Assembly (NCBI RefSeq): GCF_006345805.1
Contig: NC_043008.1
Location: 22,878,001-22,942,000, forward strand
Source of the DNA: Octopus sinensis
Taxonomy: Eukaryota
Length of the DNA: 64,000 bases
Direction of reading: 5' to 3'
Shown here: positions 48,824 to 61,469 of the stretch, in pieces
Layout of the letters: each line of letters opens with the position of its first letter
Numbering within the stretch: position 1 is the stretch's first letter
Notes under the pieces: generated by a model
What the model was told of the DNA's origin: nothing
Database searches by the model: none
The model's input: only the letters and a program-made list of their open reading frames with translations
Made by a program: the position numbers and the translations under genes

Positions 48824-49195
48824 TAGCTTGCTTACGAACCACATGATTCCGGGTTCAGTCCCACTGCGTGGCACCTTGGCCAAGTGTCTTCTACTATAGC
48901 CTCGGGCCGACCAAAGCCTTGTGAGTGGATCTGAAAGACGGAAACTGAAAGAAGCCCATCGTATATATGTATATATATGTATGTGTGTGTATATGTTTGT
49001 GTGTCTGTGTTTGTCCCCCCACCATCACTTGGCAAACAATGCTGGTGTGTTTATGTCCCCGTAACTTAGCAGTTCGGCAAAAAAGACCGATAGAATAAGT
49101 ACTAGGCTCACAAAGACTAAGTCCTGGGGTCGATTTGCTCGACTAAATGCGGTGCTCCAGTATGGCCACAGTCAAATGACTGAAACAAGTAAAAG
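48824..49195 (+). mobile_element. SINE family A
   Basis: Consensus match. Confidence 0.8.
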
Positions 49196-49224
49196 ATGTT
49201 GGACACCACACACACATGCATATA

Positions 49225-49269
<45 letters not shown>

Positions 49270-49435
49270 CGACGGGATTCTTTCAGTTTCTGTCTACCAA
49301 ATTCACTCACAAGGCTTTGGTTGGCTCAAGGCTATAGTAGAAGACACTTACTCAAGGTGCCACGCAGTGGGACTGAACCCGGAACCATGTGGTTGGTAAG
49401 CAAGCTACTTACCACACAGCCACTCCTGCGCCTAT
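49270..49435 (-). mobile_element. SINE family A, 5' half
   Basis: Consensus match. Confidence 0.8.
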
Positions 49436-50696
49436 AAAGTGTAATACTTTAAAAAAATAATTTTTATGGGGGCGGGTGTACAAAAGGAAACCTTTCCAAC
49501 GGTCGATAGAATAAGTACTAGGCTTAAAAGAAATAAGTACTGAGGCTAGTTTGTTCCAGTAACCTCTTCAAGGTGTTGCCTCAGCAATGACTGAAACAAG
49601 TAAATGATAAAAAGACAAATATGCATAAAAACTTCGTGTGGAATCACTAAAAGAATAAGATTAATGTGTGTGTACGTATGTATGTAGTGTGTGTGTGTAT
49701 GTGTGTACGAATCTGTGCTTATCTATATAGGTAAGTAGGTTGGTAGGTATGTTTAATTTATGTAACAGGGGCCTATGATTGAGAGACAAAGGAACTGAAT
49801 ATTGATACTAAACTGGGATCTTAAACTGCCCACCCCACGCTCTCTTCTCTCTCTATCTTTGTGTCTGTCTGTCTCTCTCTGTCTCTCTGTCTCTCTGTCT
49901 CTCTCTCTTCCCCCTCTCTCCATCACCCTCTCTGTTCTGGCGACAAGCACAGAACAATTAAACAATCGGCTTGGAATAATTTTAAATAACAGAAATGAGA
50001 AGAGACAATAAAATGTTTTAAACTAATAACCCAACTATTTTTAGATAACAATAAAGTCACCATTGCATGTGATCCTTGCACGTGATCCTTGCACGTGATC
50101 CCTAGAGCGTAAAAGCAAGGACCTCTACATGGTCACACGGCCTGCAATAAATAGCAGCCAAATTTCCTTCAGATCACATCTTGTCATCATAATCTTTTAG
50201 CATTTAGGTTATTGCCAAACGAAATGCTTATTTATTCACATTATTTTGAATTAATCATGCATTGTCTCATAGCTTTGAGATTTCAATGATATGATTGCTT
50301 ACTTTTAAACTGACATTGTAGGGCAGGTGTGAAAGGGTGGATCTGACACGTTTTAAAATTAAACAAGCTGAACATCTTGAGCTGAATATGACTAATTTAA
50401 ATGCTAAAATGTTTAAGGACACATTGGATAATGTAACCCCCTTAAAGGGTTGGAATGTCGTTAATTATACATAAGCCTGACCTGTAGCTAAATATATGAA
50501 ATTAACACCACTGACCACGTATGGTGCTTAAAAGAGGAGGGTGGAGGCAGTAAGGGCAGTCCACCCTGTGTGGAACTTTTAAAGGGCCACCACTTTGGGG
50601 GTCTGCTGTAGGAGTATGCGTTTTTTGTGGGGTTCAGGGGTGGCAAACGGAAGGACCGCCCCAGGCGGCACACACCCTAGCTGCGCTAGTGAGGGT

Positions 50697-50805
50697 ATAC
50701 CATACATAATTAAATGGAAGATCCTCAAACAACCCGGGTCATATACCAGTGGGTGCAAACGATGTGAGCCTTGCTTGGCCGAACGAGCAAGAATCCTGAA
50801 AAACT
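50697..50805 (+). pseudogene. Penelope GIY-YIG C-terminal relic
   Basis: IKWKILKQPGSYTSGCKRCEPCLAERARIL resembles W.IL..A..Y....KRC.LCL.EK..I. Confidence 0.55.
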
Positions 50806-50948
50806 GTTGCTTACATGCCCCATGCTGGAGCACTGCCTTGAAGGGTTTTAGTTAAACAAATTGACCCAAGGATTTTTTTAAAGCCTGGTACATATTCTGT
50901 CAGTCATTTTTGCCAAACTACTAAGTTACAGGGACATAAACTAATCCA

Positions 50949-51415
50949 GGTAAAAAAAAAAAAGTCGCAGGTTAAAAAGTTACAGGAAAAAAAGTCATGG
51001 AAAAAAGTCACAGGGGAAAAAAAGCAGGTAAAAAAAAAAGGACAACAGTAGCATTGTTTCTGTGTCTTTCTCTAATAGAAAGGTTAACTGTCAAATTCTC
51101 ACCTTTTTAAGGTTAATATGTTAATCAGTTTCTGTAAAGGAATACGTAGGGTTCCCAAACTGGGTTCGGGAACAGAGTATAATATCCATGCTGAGTTTCA
51201 TTTGTTTTGAGGCATGATTGAAGCTCTAGCTTTTTTTTTCCCCTAGAAGACATAAATGATGGAATGAGATACCTCAGAACTGTCATTCCACAATATCCAC
51301 CTGAAGCCAAGGAGTTGCTCATGTACTTCAATTGTACATATGTTAGTGGCTCCTTTCAACTGATTCAGCAGCCAATTGCCATGTCCAGTGATGCCCTGAC
51401 GCCTCTGAGAAAAAT
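50949..51415 (+). mobile_element. Mutator-like (MULE) relic
   Basis: Terminal tandem ggaaaaaagtcac units. Translation GMIEALAFFPLEDINDGMRYLR...ELLMYFNCTYV resembles the MULE post-DDE region. Confidence 0.55.
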
Positions 51416-51439
51416 AGCACATATAGATATATACATACA

Positions 51440-51478
<39 letters not shown>

Positions 51479-51510
51479 TTAAGAAAAGGAGATGTGGAAC
51501 ACGAGTTGTG

Positions 51511-51834
51511 ATATATAAAAAAAGGAAATGAAGAAAATGCTGACAAAATAATTTAAGTAAGGGAGAGTGTATTTAATTAGGTGAAAGTTCTTTTACCGGT
51601 GCACATTTGCTATGCTTATCAAAAGATATTTTTTTAAGAGAGATAGAGTTCCATTCTGATAGATTTCTGATAAGAGAAAATCTATCAGAAAGGAATCTAT
51701 CTCTCTTAAAAAAATATCTTTTGATAAGCATAACAAATGCGCAACCGGTAAAAAGAACTTTCACCTAATTAAATACACTCTCCCTTACTTAAATTATTTT
51801 GTCATTATTTTCTTCATTTCCTTTTTTTATATAT
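51511..51834. repeat. Near-perfect palindrome with ~160-bp arms between (TA)n tracts
   Basis: gacaaaataatttaagtaagggagagtgtatttaattaggtgaaag... is mirrored by ...ctttcacctaattaaatacactctcccttacttaaattattttgtc. The centre is near 51670. Confidence 0.9.
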
Positions 51835-51889
51835 TATATATATATATATTATATATATATATATATATATAATATATATATATATATAA

Positions 51890-52170
51890 GCTGAAAGGTG
51901 TTTTGTTGTATGCGTTAATTCTTGCTTTCTCTTTGTTTCCATTCTTGTTTTGTTCTTGTATACATTCGTTTGCTTTTCCCAGAGGCTTAAAGCTTTTAGC
52001 TTAAGTCTTTGGCACCTTGCTGGATTTGTATAGTCTCAGTAGTAAACAGGTGTGAAACTATAATGACTTTGCTAAAACCGGCTGATGAGGAAATCTGCTG
52101 CAAATGGTCCATGTATCTTGTTTCTGTCCTGTTTGCTATTGTTATGTTATCGTCTACGTTATTGCTTATC
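51890..52170. repeat. Unclassified interspersed repeat (second copy at 53999-54275)
   Basis: aattcttgctttctctttgtttccattcttgttttgttc and ctgatgaggaaatctgc are shared by both copies. Confidence 0.7.
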
Positions 52171-52219
52171 TTACCTTTGATTTATCGATGCGGCGTGCCG
52201 TACAACCTGTTGTTTATTT

Positions 52220-52635
52220 TGTTAAAAGATAGGCGCAGGAGTGGCTGTGTGGTAAGTAGCTTGCTAACCAACCACATGGTTCCGGGTTCAGTCCCACTGC
52301 GTGGCATCTTGGCCAAGTGTCTTCTGCTATAGCCTCAGGCCGACCAAAGCCTTGTGAGTGGATTTGGTAGACGGAAACTGAAAGAAGCCTGTCGTATATA
52401 TATATATGTATGTGTGTGTATATGTTTGTGTGTCTGTGTTTGTCCCCCTAGCATTGCTTGACAACCGATGCTGGTGTGTTTACGTCCCCGTAACTTAGCG
52501 GTTCGGCAAAAGAGACCGATAGAATAAGTACTGGGCTTACAAAGAATAAGTCCTGGGGTCGATTTGCTTGACTAAAGGCGGCGCTCCAGCATGGCCGCAG
52601 TCAAATGACTGAAACAAGTAAAAGAGTAAAAGAGA
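52220..52635 (+). mobile_element. SINE family A, full length
   Basis: Consensus match. Confidence 0.88.
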
Positions 52636-52770
52636 GTATTCCTTGAATACTAGTATGACTCTTACCCTCTTTTCCTCCCTCGTTTTTCTCTCCTGTTCCT
52701 TCCTTCTCTCTCTCTCTCTCTCTCTCTCTCCTCCTCCTCCTCCTCCTCATTCTTCAGTCTCTCTGGTATC

Positions 52771-52920
52771 CGCCGAGGTCGACTTTCCCTTTCATTCTTT
52801 CGGGGTCGATAAATAAAGTACCAGTTACACACTGGGATCGATGTAATCGACTTAATCCGTTTGTCTGCCCTTGTTTGTCCCCTCTGTGTTTAGCCCCTTG
52901 TGGGTAGTAAAGAAATAGAT
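52771..52920 (+). mobile_element. SINE family D, 3' part
   Basis: ccgccgaggtcgacttt...gtgggtagtaaagaaatag. Confidence 0.8.
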
Positions 52921-53434
52921 ATTTCCCCTCTTTTGCATTCCTTAATCCCTTTCTCCCTCTCTTGTAGTCCTTAATCCCTCTGTCTGCCTGTCTGTCTGTC
53001 TCTCTTTCCCTCCTCCACCTCGTTCCTCAGTCCCTCAGATTTCTTTTTCTCTCTCTCGTATTCCTTAATTCCCTTTTCCCTTCCCTCTTATTCTTCAATC
53101 TCTTTGCTTTCCTTCTTCACTTGTACCTTTTATCTCTTTGCCTCCCTTTATCTTCCTCTCCTTCTCATTTGTTTTAGTCCTTCTGATTTCTTTCTCCGCC
53201 CTCTCCTATTCCTTAGTCCCTCTGCCCTCTTCAACCCTCTCCCTCTCCTACCATGTGATCCCTCTCCAACTAAGAAACTGTCGTCCATTTTTGACCAACT
53301 GCCATTCAGGCAGGTCACTTTTGTCTGCCCTCCCACTTGGTCTGTTAAAGATTCAAAAATTTTTTCCTTGAGCCAGCTTACAATGTTTGGCCGATAGTCA
53401 AAAGCCCCTTACTGTTATTTATTTATACTCTTTC

Positions 53435-53826
53435 TCTTTTACTCTTTTACTTGTTTCAGTCATTTGACTGTGGCCATGCTGGAGCACCGCCTTTAGTCAA
53501 GCAAATCGACCCCAGGACTTATTCTTTGTAAGCCTAGTACTATCAGTCACTTTTTGCTGAACCGTTAAATTACGGGGACGTAAACACACCAGTGCTGGTT
53601 GTCAAGCGATGTTGGGGTACAAACACACACACACACACACACACACATACATACATATATATACATATATACGATGGGCTTCTTTCAGTTTCCGTCTACC
53701 AAATCCACTCACAAGGCTTTGGTCAGCCCGAGGCTATAGTAGAAGACACTTGCCCAAGGTGCCATGCAGTGGGACTGAACCCGGAACCATGTGGTTTAGA
53801 AGCAAGCTACTTGCCACACAGCCACA
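53435..53826 (-). mobile_element. SINE family A, full length
   Basis: Consensus match. Confidence 0.85.
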
Positions 53827-54285
53827 TTTTTCTTTTGTTGTATAGCCTAAAGACATTTATCCATTATATATGCATAATTCTTTTTCTGTTGCACTTGCAT
53901 TATTTCATAATGTTACGTTTGTCCAATAGTCGAAAGATCCTTTCTGTTATTCATCTATTTGTATTTGTAATGTACAATTATTTTCCATGCTTTGCATAGC
54001 CGAAAGGCATTCTGTTGTATGTGTATAATTCTTGCTTTCTCTTTGTTTCCATTCTTGTTTTGTTCTTTTATACATTTGTTTGCTTTCCCAGAGGCTCAAT
54101 GTCCCAGAGGCTCAATGTCAAATAGCCTTGGTAATTAAGGGGTATGAAACTATAATGACTTTCCAGAAACCGACTGATGAGGAAATCTGCGACAAATGGT
54201 CTTTTTATTTTGTTTCTGTCCTTTTTGCCATTTGTTATGTTATCGTCTGTTATCACTTATGATACCCTTGATTTATATATATATA

Positions 54286-54628
54286 CTAGCAGTATCGCCC
54301 GGCGTTGCTCGGGTTTGTAAGGGAAATAACTATATAAGCATTTTTAGAGAGTTATAGCCAAAAAGTAAGCAAAAATGTTAAAAATGGAAAAAAAATTATG
54401 GTAATTTTTTTTTAAATCGTTGACTCATCATGACATTTTAGAGAGAGTTACTTCCCTTATATAATAGCGAAAAAAATGCAGCAAAATGGAAAAAAATGAT
54501 GGTAAATTTTTTTAAAATCGTAGACTCATCGTAGACGGTTCTGGTTAAACTGCACTGCAAAATGTGGGAGTAGTTAGGAATCTAAATCGTAGGAGACAGA
54601 CACACAACTTCTCTTTTATATATAAAGA
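54286..54628 (-). mobile_element. Non-autonomous Helitron with internal deletion
   Basis: A|TC...hairpin...CTAG|T as at 31815; lacks the segment around aatcacgactataag. Confidence 0.85.
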
Positions 54629-54773
54629 TATGTGTGATGCACTTCTTTCAGTTTCCATCTACCGAATCAATGCATAAGATTCAGTTAGCCTGGGGCTATA
54701 GTAGAAGACACTTGCTTAAGGTGTCACAGTGGGTTTGAACCCAGGAACCATGTGCTTGGGAAGCAAGCTTCTT

Positions 54774-54963
54774 TTATTCGTTTAATTGGCCACAAGGGCC
54801 TTTCAAGGGAAGGAAGCTGCGGGCTGGACACGGACATAATGAGATGGAATAATTAACGATATGATAATAATGAGGGCAACAGCAACACCCGCTGATTGCT
54901 GTGTACCCGAACACATTGTTCTTTTATAAAACATTTTGAGGCAACAAACCTCTTACAAAAACG
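54774..54963. mobile_element. Unclassified 190-bp insertion in a SINE-A head
   Basis: 8-bp direct repeat agcttctt at 54766-54773 and 54964-54971. Confidence 0.65.
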
Positions 54964-55164
54964 AGCTTCTTACCACACAGCCACTATTACACTCTCTCAG
55001 AGTTTGAACAATTTAACCATAACGCAACCTGTTACAAATGTATCTTAAGCTTTTGTTTTTGGATTTTCACTATAAAAAAAACCTGTTGTTTACATGCACT
55101 GCAGGAAGGGCATCCAGCCATAGAAGAGTTAGCTCTCAACAAATTCCATCCAACTCCATTTGGT

Positions 55165-55348
55165 GCAGGATGGCTGTGTGGTAAGTAGCTTTCTACAACA
55201 CCACATGGTTCCAGGTCATCCCACTCGTGGCACCTTGGGCAAGTGTATTCTACTATAGCCCCGTGCCGACCAATGCCTTGTAGTGGATTTGGTAGACGGA
55301 AACTGAAAGAAGCCTGTGTATATATTGTTGTATGTATATATATATATT

Positions 55349-55390
<42 letters not shown>

Positions 55391-55635
55391 ATATGTATTG
55401 AATGTGTGTGTGTGTGTGTGTTTGTGTGTCTGTGTTTGTCCCCCTAGCTTTGCTGACAACCGTGCTGGTGTGTTTACCGTCCCGTAACTTAGCGGTTCGG
55501 CAAAAGAGACTGATAGAATAAGTACTCTGGGCTTACAAAGAATTAGTCCCGGGGTCGATTTGCTTGACTAAAGGCGGTGCTCCAGCATGGCCGCAGTCAA
55601 ATGACTGAAACAAGTAAAAGAGTAGAAGAGTAACT
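55165..55635 (+). mobile_element. SINE family A with many 1-bp indels
   Basis: Consensus match, indel-rich. Confidence 0.8.
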
Positions 55636-55665
55636 CGTGCAAGCATAGAAAAGCAGACATGAAAA

Positions 55666-55725
<60 letters not shown>

Positions 55726-56689
55726 ATGAACAAGGCTACTTTCCAAATGTCAGTAGGATATTGTGCTTCTCCTCCTCCTCCTCCTCCTCCTCCTCCTCCT
55801 CATCTCACTAACTAACTCTTAGGTCTTTGAAATGCTGATGTTTAGGTGTTTGAACTTTTGTCCCTATTATGAAAACTAGGCCAGAAGTTATAAATTTCTC
55901 CATAAACAAACCATCCCCGAATTGGCAGCATTGTCCCATTATCTAGAATAAACAAGAGCTATGGACAGAGCCCAGTGAACACCTATCTGTACATTATAAA
56001 TTTCTTACTGACCATTCAGCTTATACTAATATGGCTTGAAATCACTATCAGAAGTCCTTGATTAACACCTTGTTTTCTTAGTGGTCAGTACAAGGCAGAG
56101 CATGAAACCTTCCCAATGTCACTAAATGCTATTTATAACAGCTTGTGCTTTGTTAATTACCACATTATGAATTTTACTTACGTAATTATATATCCTGGTG
56201 CAGAAAAAAAAAAAAAAAAAAGCATCGTATTCACGGTTACTTTATTCTCTGTTTATTTTACTAATTAAAGTTTATTTATTTTATGAAATAAATTTCTTCT
56301 TATTTTTTTTGCATGCTGATTCCAATATTTCAAACGACTTCATTAAAACTTATTAAAACTTCTGTTGTTCAATGATATGTTATTGTCTGTTATCACTTAT
56401 GTTACCTTTGATTTATATATATATATATATATATCTGATGCGTTTCAGACATTAAAAGCCAGCTTCCAAGTCATACATTAAAAGCCAGCTTTCAAATCCT
56501 ATTTTATTGTAAAGAAAAATTTTGGCTAAGGTTTCGACTTTTGGTTTTGAATCAAGAAACTATTTCTTACACATTCTTGGAGATTGTCAAACAAATTACA
56601 ATTTTCGTATCTCCTGTGCCACATAAACTTGCAGAGATGGGAGTCGGCTATAGAATGGTGGATCCCACAACATTGTTTATTACTTCATT

Positions 56690-57055
56690 TTACAGAGGCC
56701 AATGTGCTTTCCACTTATGGGAACCATCTTTTGAGTTAATAAACTCACTGGTGTGATTCACTGTTTAATGCTGAAAATTATAACCAGCAATTTCAGGAAT
56801 GCTAGGATAGGCTCACCACAAGTCACTGAAAATCGTGGTTCCAGGAAAAATTGACTGATGTATGCATTCCTCTAGTGTGTCACAATTCCAACATGACACG
56901 GTATAAAGAAAAACATGTCTGGCTTCATGACACATTCCTCTGAAAACCCACTGCTCAGGCTGCACTCTTTTTCAGTTGTATACACACCTTGAGAAGACCG
57001 TTCCATCTATATAAACAATCTTCCCAGGACTGCCAATCTGAACTGGATTCCAGAG
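56690..57055 (-). pseudogene. Merlin/ISXO2-like transposase relic
   Basis: IGSPGKIVYIDGTVFSR...QWVFRG...DTLEECIHQSIFPGTTIFSDLW*AY...H*TVNHTSEF. Confidence 0.75.
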
Positions 57056-57079
57056 CTGGTTCTCTGCACATATTTCATG

Positions 57080-57371
57080 GTGGAGGCACATGGCCTAGTG
57101 GTTAGAGCAGCAGACTCGCGGTTGAGGGATCGTAGGTTCGAATCTCAGACCGGGTGATGTGTGTGTGTTTATGAGCGAAACACCTAAGCTCCATGCAGCT
57201 CAGGCAGAAGGTAATGGCAAACTTTCGCAGACTCTTTCACCACAACTTTCTCTCACTCTTTCCTCCTGCATCTTGCAGCTCACCTACGACAGACCAGTGT
57301 TCCGTCCAGGTGGGGAACCTATACGCCAAGGAAACCGGCCCTTATGAGCTTGGCACGGCTCAAGAAGGAAT
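57080..57371 (+). mobile_element. SINE of the same variant as 34750
   Basis: tRNA head gtggaggcacatggcctagtgg; 10-bp TSD atatttcatg. Confidence 0.8.
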
Positions 57372-57804
57372 ATATTTCATGAATATAGCTATTGTAGTCA
57401 ATAGCTGTGCATTGGCAAGCAGACTATACTTTGGCTTGTTATTCTGGAAACAGGCACCAATATGTGTGTGGCTTTCAATTGGCTAAAATTACCCAAAAGT
57501 TGCAAACTTTAAAAGCTATTAACTTTTTATTCATTAATTTATGGGGAAAATTAATTTCATTTCCATATTTAGCATACAAAACTACAACAATACACCAAAT
57601 TTGAAAACAATTGGAACGTAAAAGAATTGAAATTACGAGCCAAATAGAAATGGTCTCACAGTTTTAGTGACATCCAATTTGTTTCTGAGTTTGTTGCATC
57701 ACTGAATTTAATTTACAATTCAACTGTAATTAGTCAATGTATAATGTTTTGTTCAGTTTCATTTTACTTATTTTACTTATTTTTATTTTTGATTGTGTAG
57801 ATCC

Positions 57805-58062
57805 CGTGCCGGTGGCACATAAAAAGCACCATCCGATCGTGGCCGTTTGCCAGCCTCATCTGGCACCTGTGCAGGTGGCACGTAAAAAGCACCCACTACA
57901 CTCACGGAGTGGTTGGCATTAGGAAGGGCATCCAGTCGAAGAAACAGTGCCAGATCAGACTTGGCCTGGCGCAGCCTTCTGGCTTCCCAGACCCCAGTTG
58001 AACCGTCCAACCCATGCCAGCATGGAAAATGGACGTTAAACGATGATGATGATGATAATGAT
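57805..58062 (+). mobile_element. Family C copy
   Basis: Subunits, core and (GAT)n tail. Confidence 0.8.
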
Positions 58063-58659
58063 TATGTAGTGTGATGGAGGAAAAGGACAACAGAAAAAGA
58101 AGCAAACGGAAGAAAGAAATACAGAAGGCCTTACCTGTTGACCTCACTCTCAAGAAATAAACACATCTTTGCTCGCTGCCGTGTCTGCTTGAACTCGCCA
58201 CATTGTGCTTCCTGCCCACGCATGCCCCGTGCCTGTGCCACAGGCCCCTGTAGTCTTTACTTCCATCTACCTCATCTGCAATCCCCTCCACCAACACCAC
58301 ATAGCTTCATCACAGCCCATAACACCACTAACACCACATATTATTAACACTTATTTTTTTTTTCCCCCTTTTCATTTATCCCGCTTCTTTTCACATTGTT
58401 GTTTGCCATTGCATCTTCATAAAACGAAAGATTGCTGGGAGATTGAGACGTGTAACAGATATGTGTGTGTATGTAAGTTGCATAAACCAAAATTTACAAT
58501 ATCATAAACGTCAACAGATGACAACTAAACTGGATAAAAAAATGAAAAATTACTCTTTCACTGAGTTCTGACAGTGGTACTTGCTTGCTGCTCAACTTCA
58601 TGCATCCAACAATGTTTCAAAAGAACAATTTAATCTGTGTCAGTACTCAGCCAGAGAAG

Positions 58660-58945
58660 GTGCATGGCTCAGTGGTTAGAGTGTTGGGCTCACAATCACG
58701 AGGTAGCGAGTTCAAATCCCAGAACAGGCTGTGTGTTGTGTTCTTGAGTAAGAGACTTTATTTCCTGTTGCTCCTTTTCACTAGTGCCAAGCTGTATCTA
58801 ACTTTGCTTCTCCATTGGATAATATCGATGGCGTGGAGAGGGGAGGCTGGTATGAATGGGCGACCGCTGGTCTTCCATAAACAACCTTGCCTGGACTTGT
58901 GCCTTGGAGGGTAACTTTCTAGGTGCAATTCCATGGTCATTCATG
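58660..58945 (+). mobile_element. CORE-like SINE, tail type of 14715
   Basis: atggctcagtggttagag...gttcaaatccc...gttgtgttcttgagtaagagac...caaccttgcctggacttgtgcc. Confidence 0.6.
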
Positions 58946-59249
58946 ACCAAAGGGGGGTCTTTACCTTTAATCCTTTACTCACAGCCAGCCTGTGAATGCA
59001 GTTCTATCTACTGAGGATATCCTGTGACAAAATGTCTGAGTTGTTGAGATACTTTACTGTTATTCACCTAGCAAGTTTCACACAACCATTCACTTACAGA
59101 TCAACTGTGGAATTTTGGGCACTCATATAATGTAGAGATTGAAACCCCAACCACAAAATTATCAGTTCATAGCCATATATAAGCTACAATCACATCATAT
59201 GATGTTCACATGGGTAACCTAAAATTTCACCAATTAGCTTGAAGCTATA

Positions 59250-59635
59250 CCTACTTCTTTACTACCCACAAGGGGCTAAACACAGAGGGGACAAACAAGG
59301 ACAGACAAACGGATTAAGTCAATTACATTGACCCCAGTGTGTAACTGGTACTTATTTAATCAACCCCGAAAGGATGAAAGGCAAAGTCGACCTCGGCGGA
59401 ATTTGAACTCAGAACGTAACAGCAGACGAAATACCTATTTCTTTATTACCCACAAGGGGCTAAACACAGAGGGGACTAACAAGGACAGACAAATGGATTA
59501 AGTCAGTTACATCGACCCCAGTGTGTAACTGGTACCTAATTTATCGACCCCGAAAGGATGAAAGGCAAAGTCGACCTCGGTGAAATTTGAACCCAGAAGG
59601 TAGTTGCATGCTAACGTTTCTGCCAGCTCACCACC
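59250..59635 (-). mobile_element. Head-to-tail SINE family D dimer
   Basis: Two tails ctttactacccacaagggg at about 59255 and 59440, joined at gacgaaatac|ctatttc. Confidence 0.8.
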
Positions 59636-60705
59636 TCTGTAATGAAACAGATGATGCACCCAGCAGTTCATCTTGTAAACAAACAAGACCTTGACTCATT
59701 ACAGCTGAAGAAATTATTGAGTTTACACTTATGCTGGCAATGAGAGTGATCCAGACAATCAAATTGGTAAAAGTGATGAGGAAAGTAGTGATTCAGGAGA
59801 ATAAATATGTCCATTAGTGTACCTAACAAATATGGTGGTTGAGAGAAAGGCCTATTATTGTTATTCTCCTGATTTTCTTTGTAATTCAGTCTTGAGCTGT
59901 GTATGCAATTATTTAATTTATTTATTTATTTATTTTTTTTTTGCTTGGGAGCCCAGCTAGAGTGTAAAGTTAGACACAGGGGCCCAGGTCTGAGATGGCT
60001 AATTCAACGTAAAATCAGGTTGGTTGAGTATATTACAAGGGTAATATACTCATGAATGTTTAACAGATTTTATTGAAAGAAAATTATGCATATGTCATAC
60101 ATTAATTATCATAGTCCCATTGGCTGCATGAATGGTCTGTACAAATTGATTGAAACGCATTTGCTTGGCCATTTGCTGTCTGGTAAGTGAAAGACAAAAG
60201 ATACAAGTCTACTGCAAATTGTTAAAGTCTGTTGGGTGAGAGATGAGCTGTGAGATCTGTCCTGCTTGAATGCCATCATCATGTTCTGACTAGCAAGAGG
60301 TGAGATTTGTGAATCCTTCAGTCACCCTCAACACTCTGTTACAATTTAGATATTAAACTGTTTAACTAGTGAAAAAAGGGGCAAATCTCAAGGACATTGA
60401 AGACAGTGTTCATGGTATAGCTTCAAGGCGGCGAGCTGGTCAGCTCGAGGCTATAATAGTAGAAGACACTTGCTCAAGGTGCCACGCAGTGGGACTGAAC
60501 CCGGAACCATGTGGTTCAAAAGCAAGCTACTTACCACACAGCCACTCCTACACAGCAATTTTTTTTAATACAATTCCTAATAATATCTAATCATAGAAAT
60601 ATAACAGGATTTTTGAACATTCAAATGGCTATTGGGGTTCATCAGAATAAAATAGGTATCAGAGAGTCTACAGGTGAAAAAGGGTTGAGAACTATGGGTT
60701 TAGAT

Positions 60706-60906
60706 CAGTGCTTTTCAACCTTTTTGCTGAAATGGAACCCCAAGGAAACATTCCACTGGCTCGAGGAACCCCTGTGCAATAATTTAATAGTCTTATGCAC
60801 AAATATCTGCACAGGAGAATTAAAAATTACTGCTGATTTTAGCAGCTTTGTAACATCTTGCAGAACCCCTGGACTGTACTGGCAGAACCCTGGTTGAAAA
60901 CCACTG
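60706..60906. mobile_element. hAT (Charlie-like) MITE, 201 bp
   Basis: TIRs cagtgcttttcaacc / ggttgaaaaccactg; perfect 8-bp TSD gtttagat. Confidence 0.9.
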
Positions 60907-61274
60907 GTTTAGATGTTTGTCATGGTTACAAATTAAAACACATAGCAAGCAGGCACATTTGGTAAAGCATCAGAATAAATGATTAAAAGTATTTCTTCTA
61001 ACACTTTACATTCTCATCAGTATTACCTTTTATCCCACTGAAGATGATAAAATAAAGTACTGAAAAATCACCCCCAGTACTATGTGTGAAGTTGGGCCTC
61101 CCATAAGCTAATTTTGTCCCTGACACTCCCTGCTACAGGTTGATCTTAATCCAGACAGTCATCTCTGCTACCTAGCCTGACTCCATCATATTTACTTAAA
61201 CACTCTTGTTGTGTTTTGGGAGGGTCATCATGCCAATAATAATAACACAAGTACTGGTCAATATTACTTATTTA

Positions 61275-61445
61275 TTCAAGGCAGTGAGCTGGCAGAAATG
61301 TTAGCATCCTGGGCAAAATGCTTAGCGATATTTCATCTGTCTTTATGTTCTGAGTTCAAATTCCACTGAGGTCGACTTTGCCTTTCAACCTTTCGTGGTT
61401 ATTAAATTAAGTACCAGTTGCATACTGGTGTTGATCTAATCGAGA
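61275..61445 (+). mobile_element. SINE family D, 5' part
   Basis: aaggcagtgagctggcagaa...gagttcaaattcc...gtcgactttgcc. Confidence 0.75.
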
Positions 61446-61469
61446 AGACCCCTGTTGAGTAAAGTGAAA

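Noticed and set aside
52075-52110. CTGATGAGG hammerhead-like start (also near 54175)
   Set aside because: No stem II followed by GAAA, and no stem I partner.
53148-53410. Open frame containing VTCLNGSWS (sushi-like)
   Set aside because: It lacks the other conserved cysteines and clear splice sites, and it runs into a GA-rich tract.
59700-59810. Acidic LTAEEIIE...SDEESSDSGE stretch resembling a piggyBac N-terminus
   Set aside because: It is too short and low-complexity, with no TIR or catalytic region nearby.
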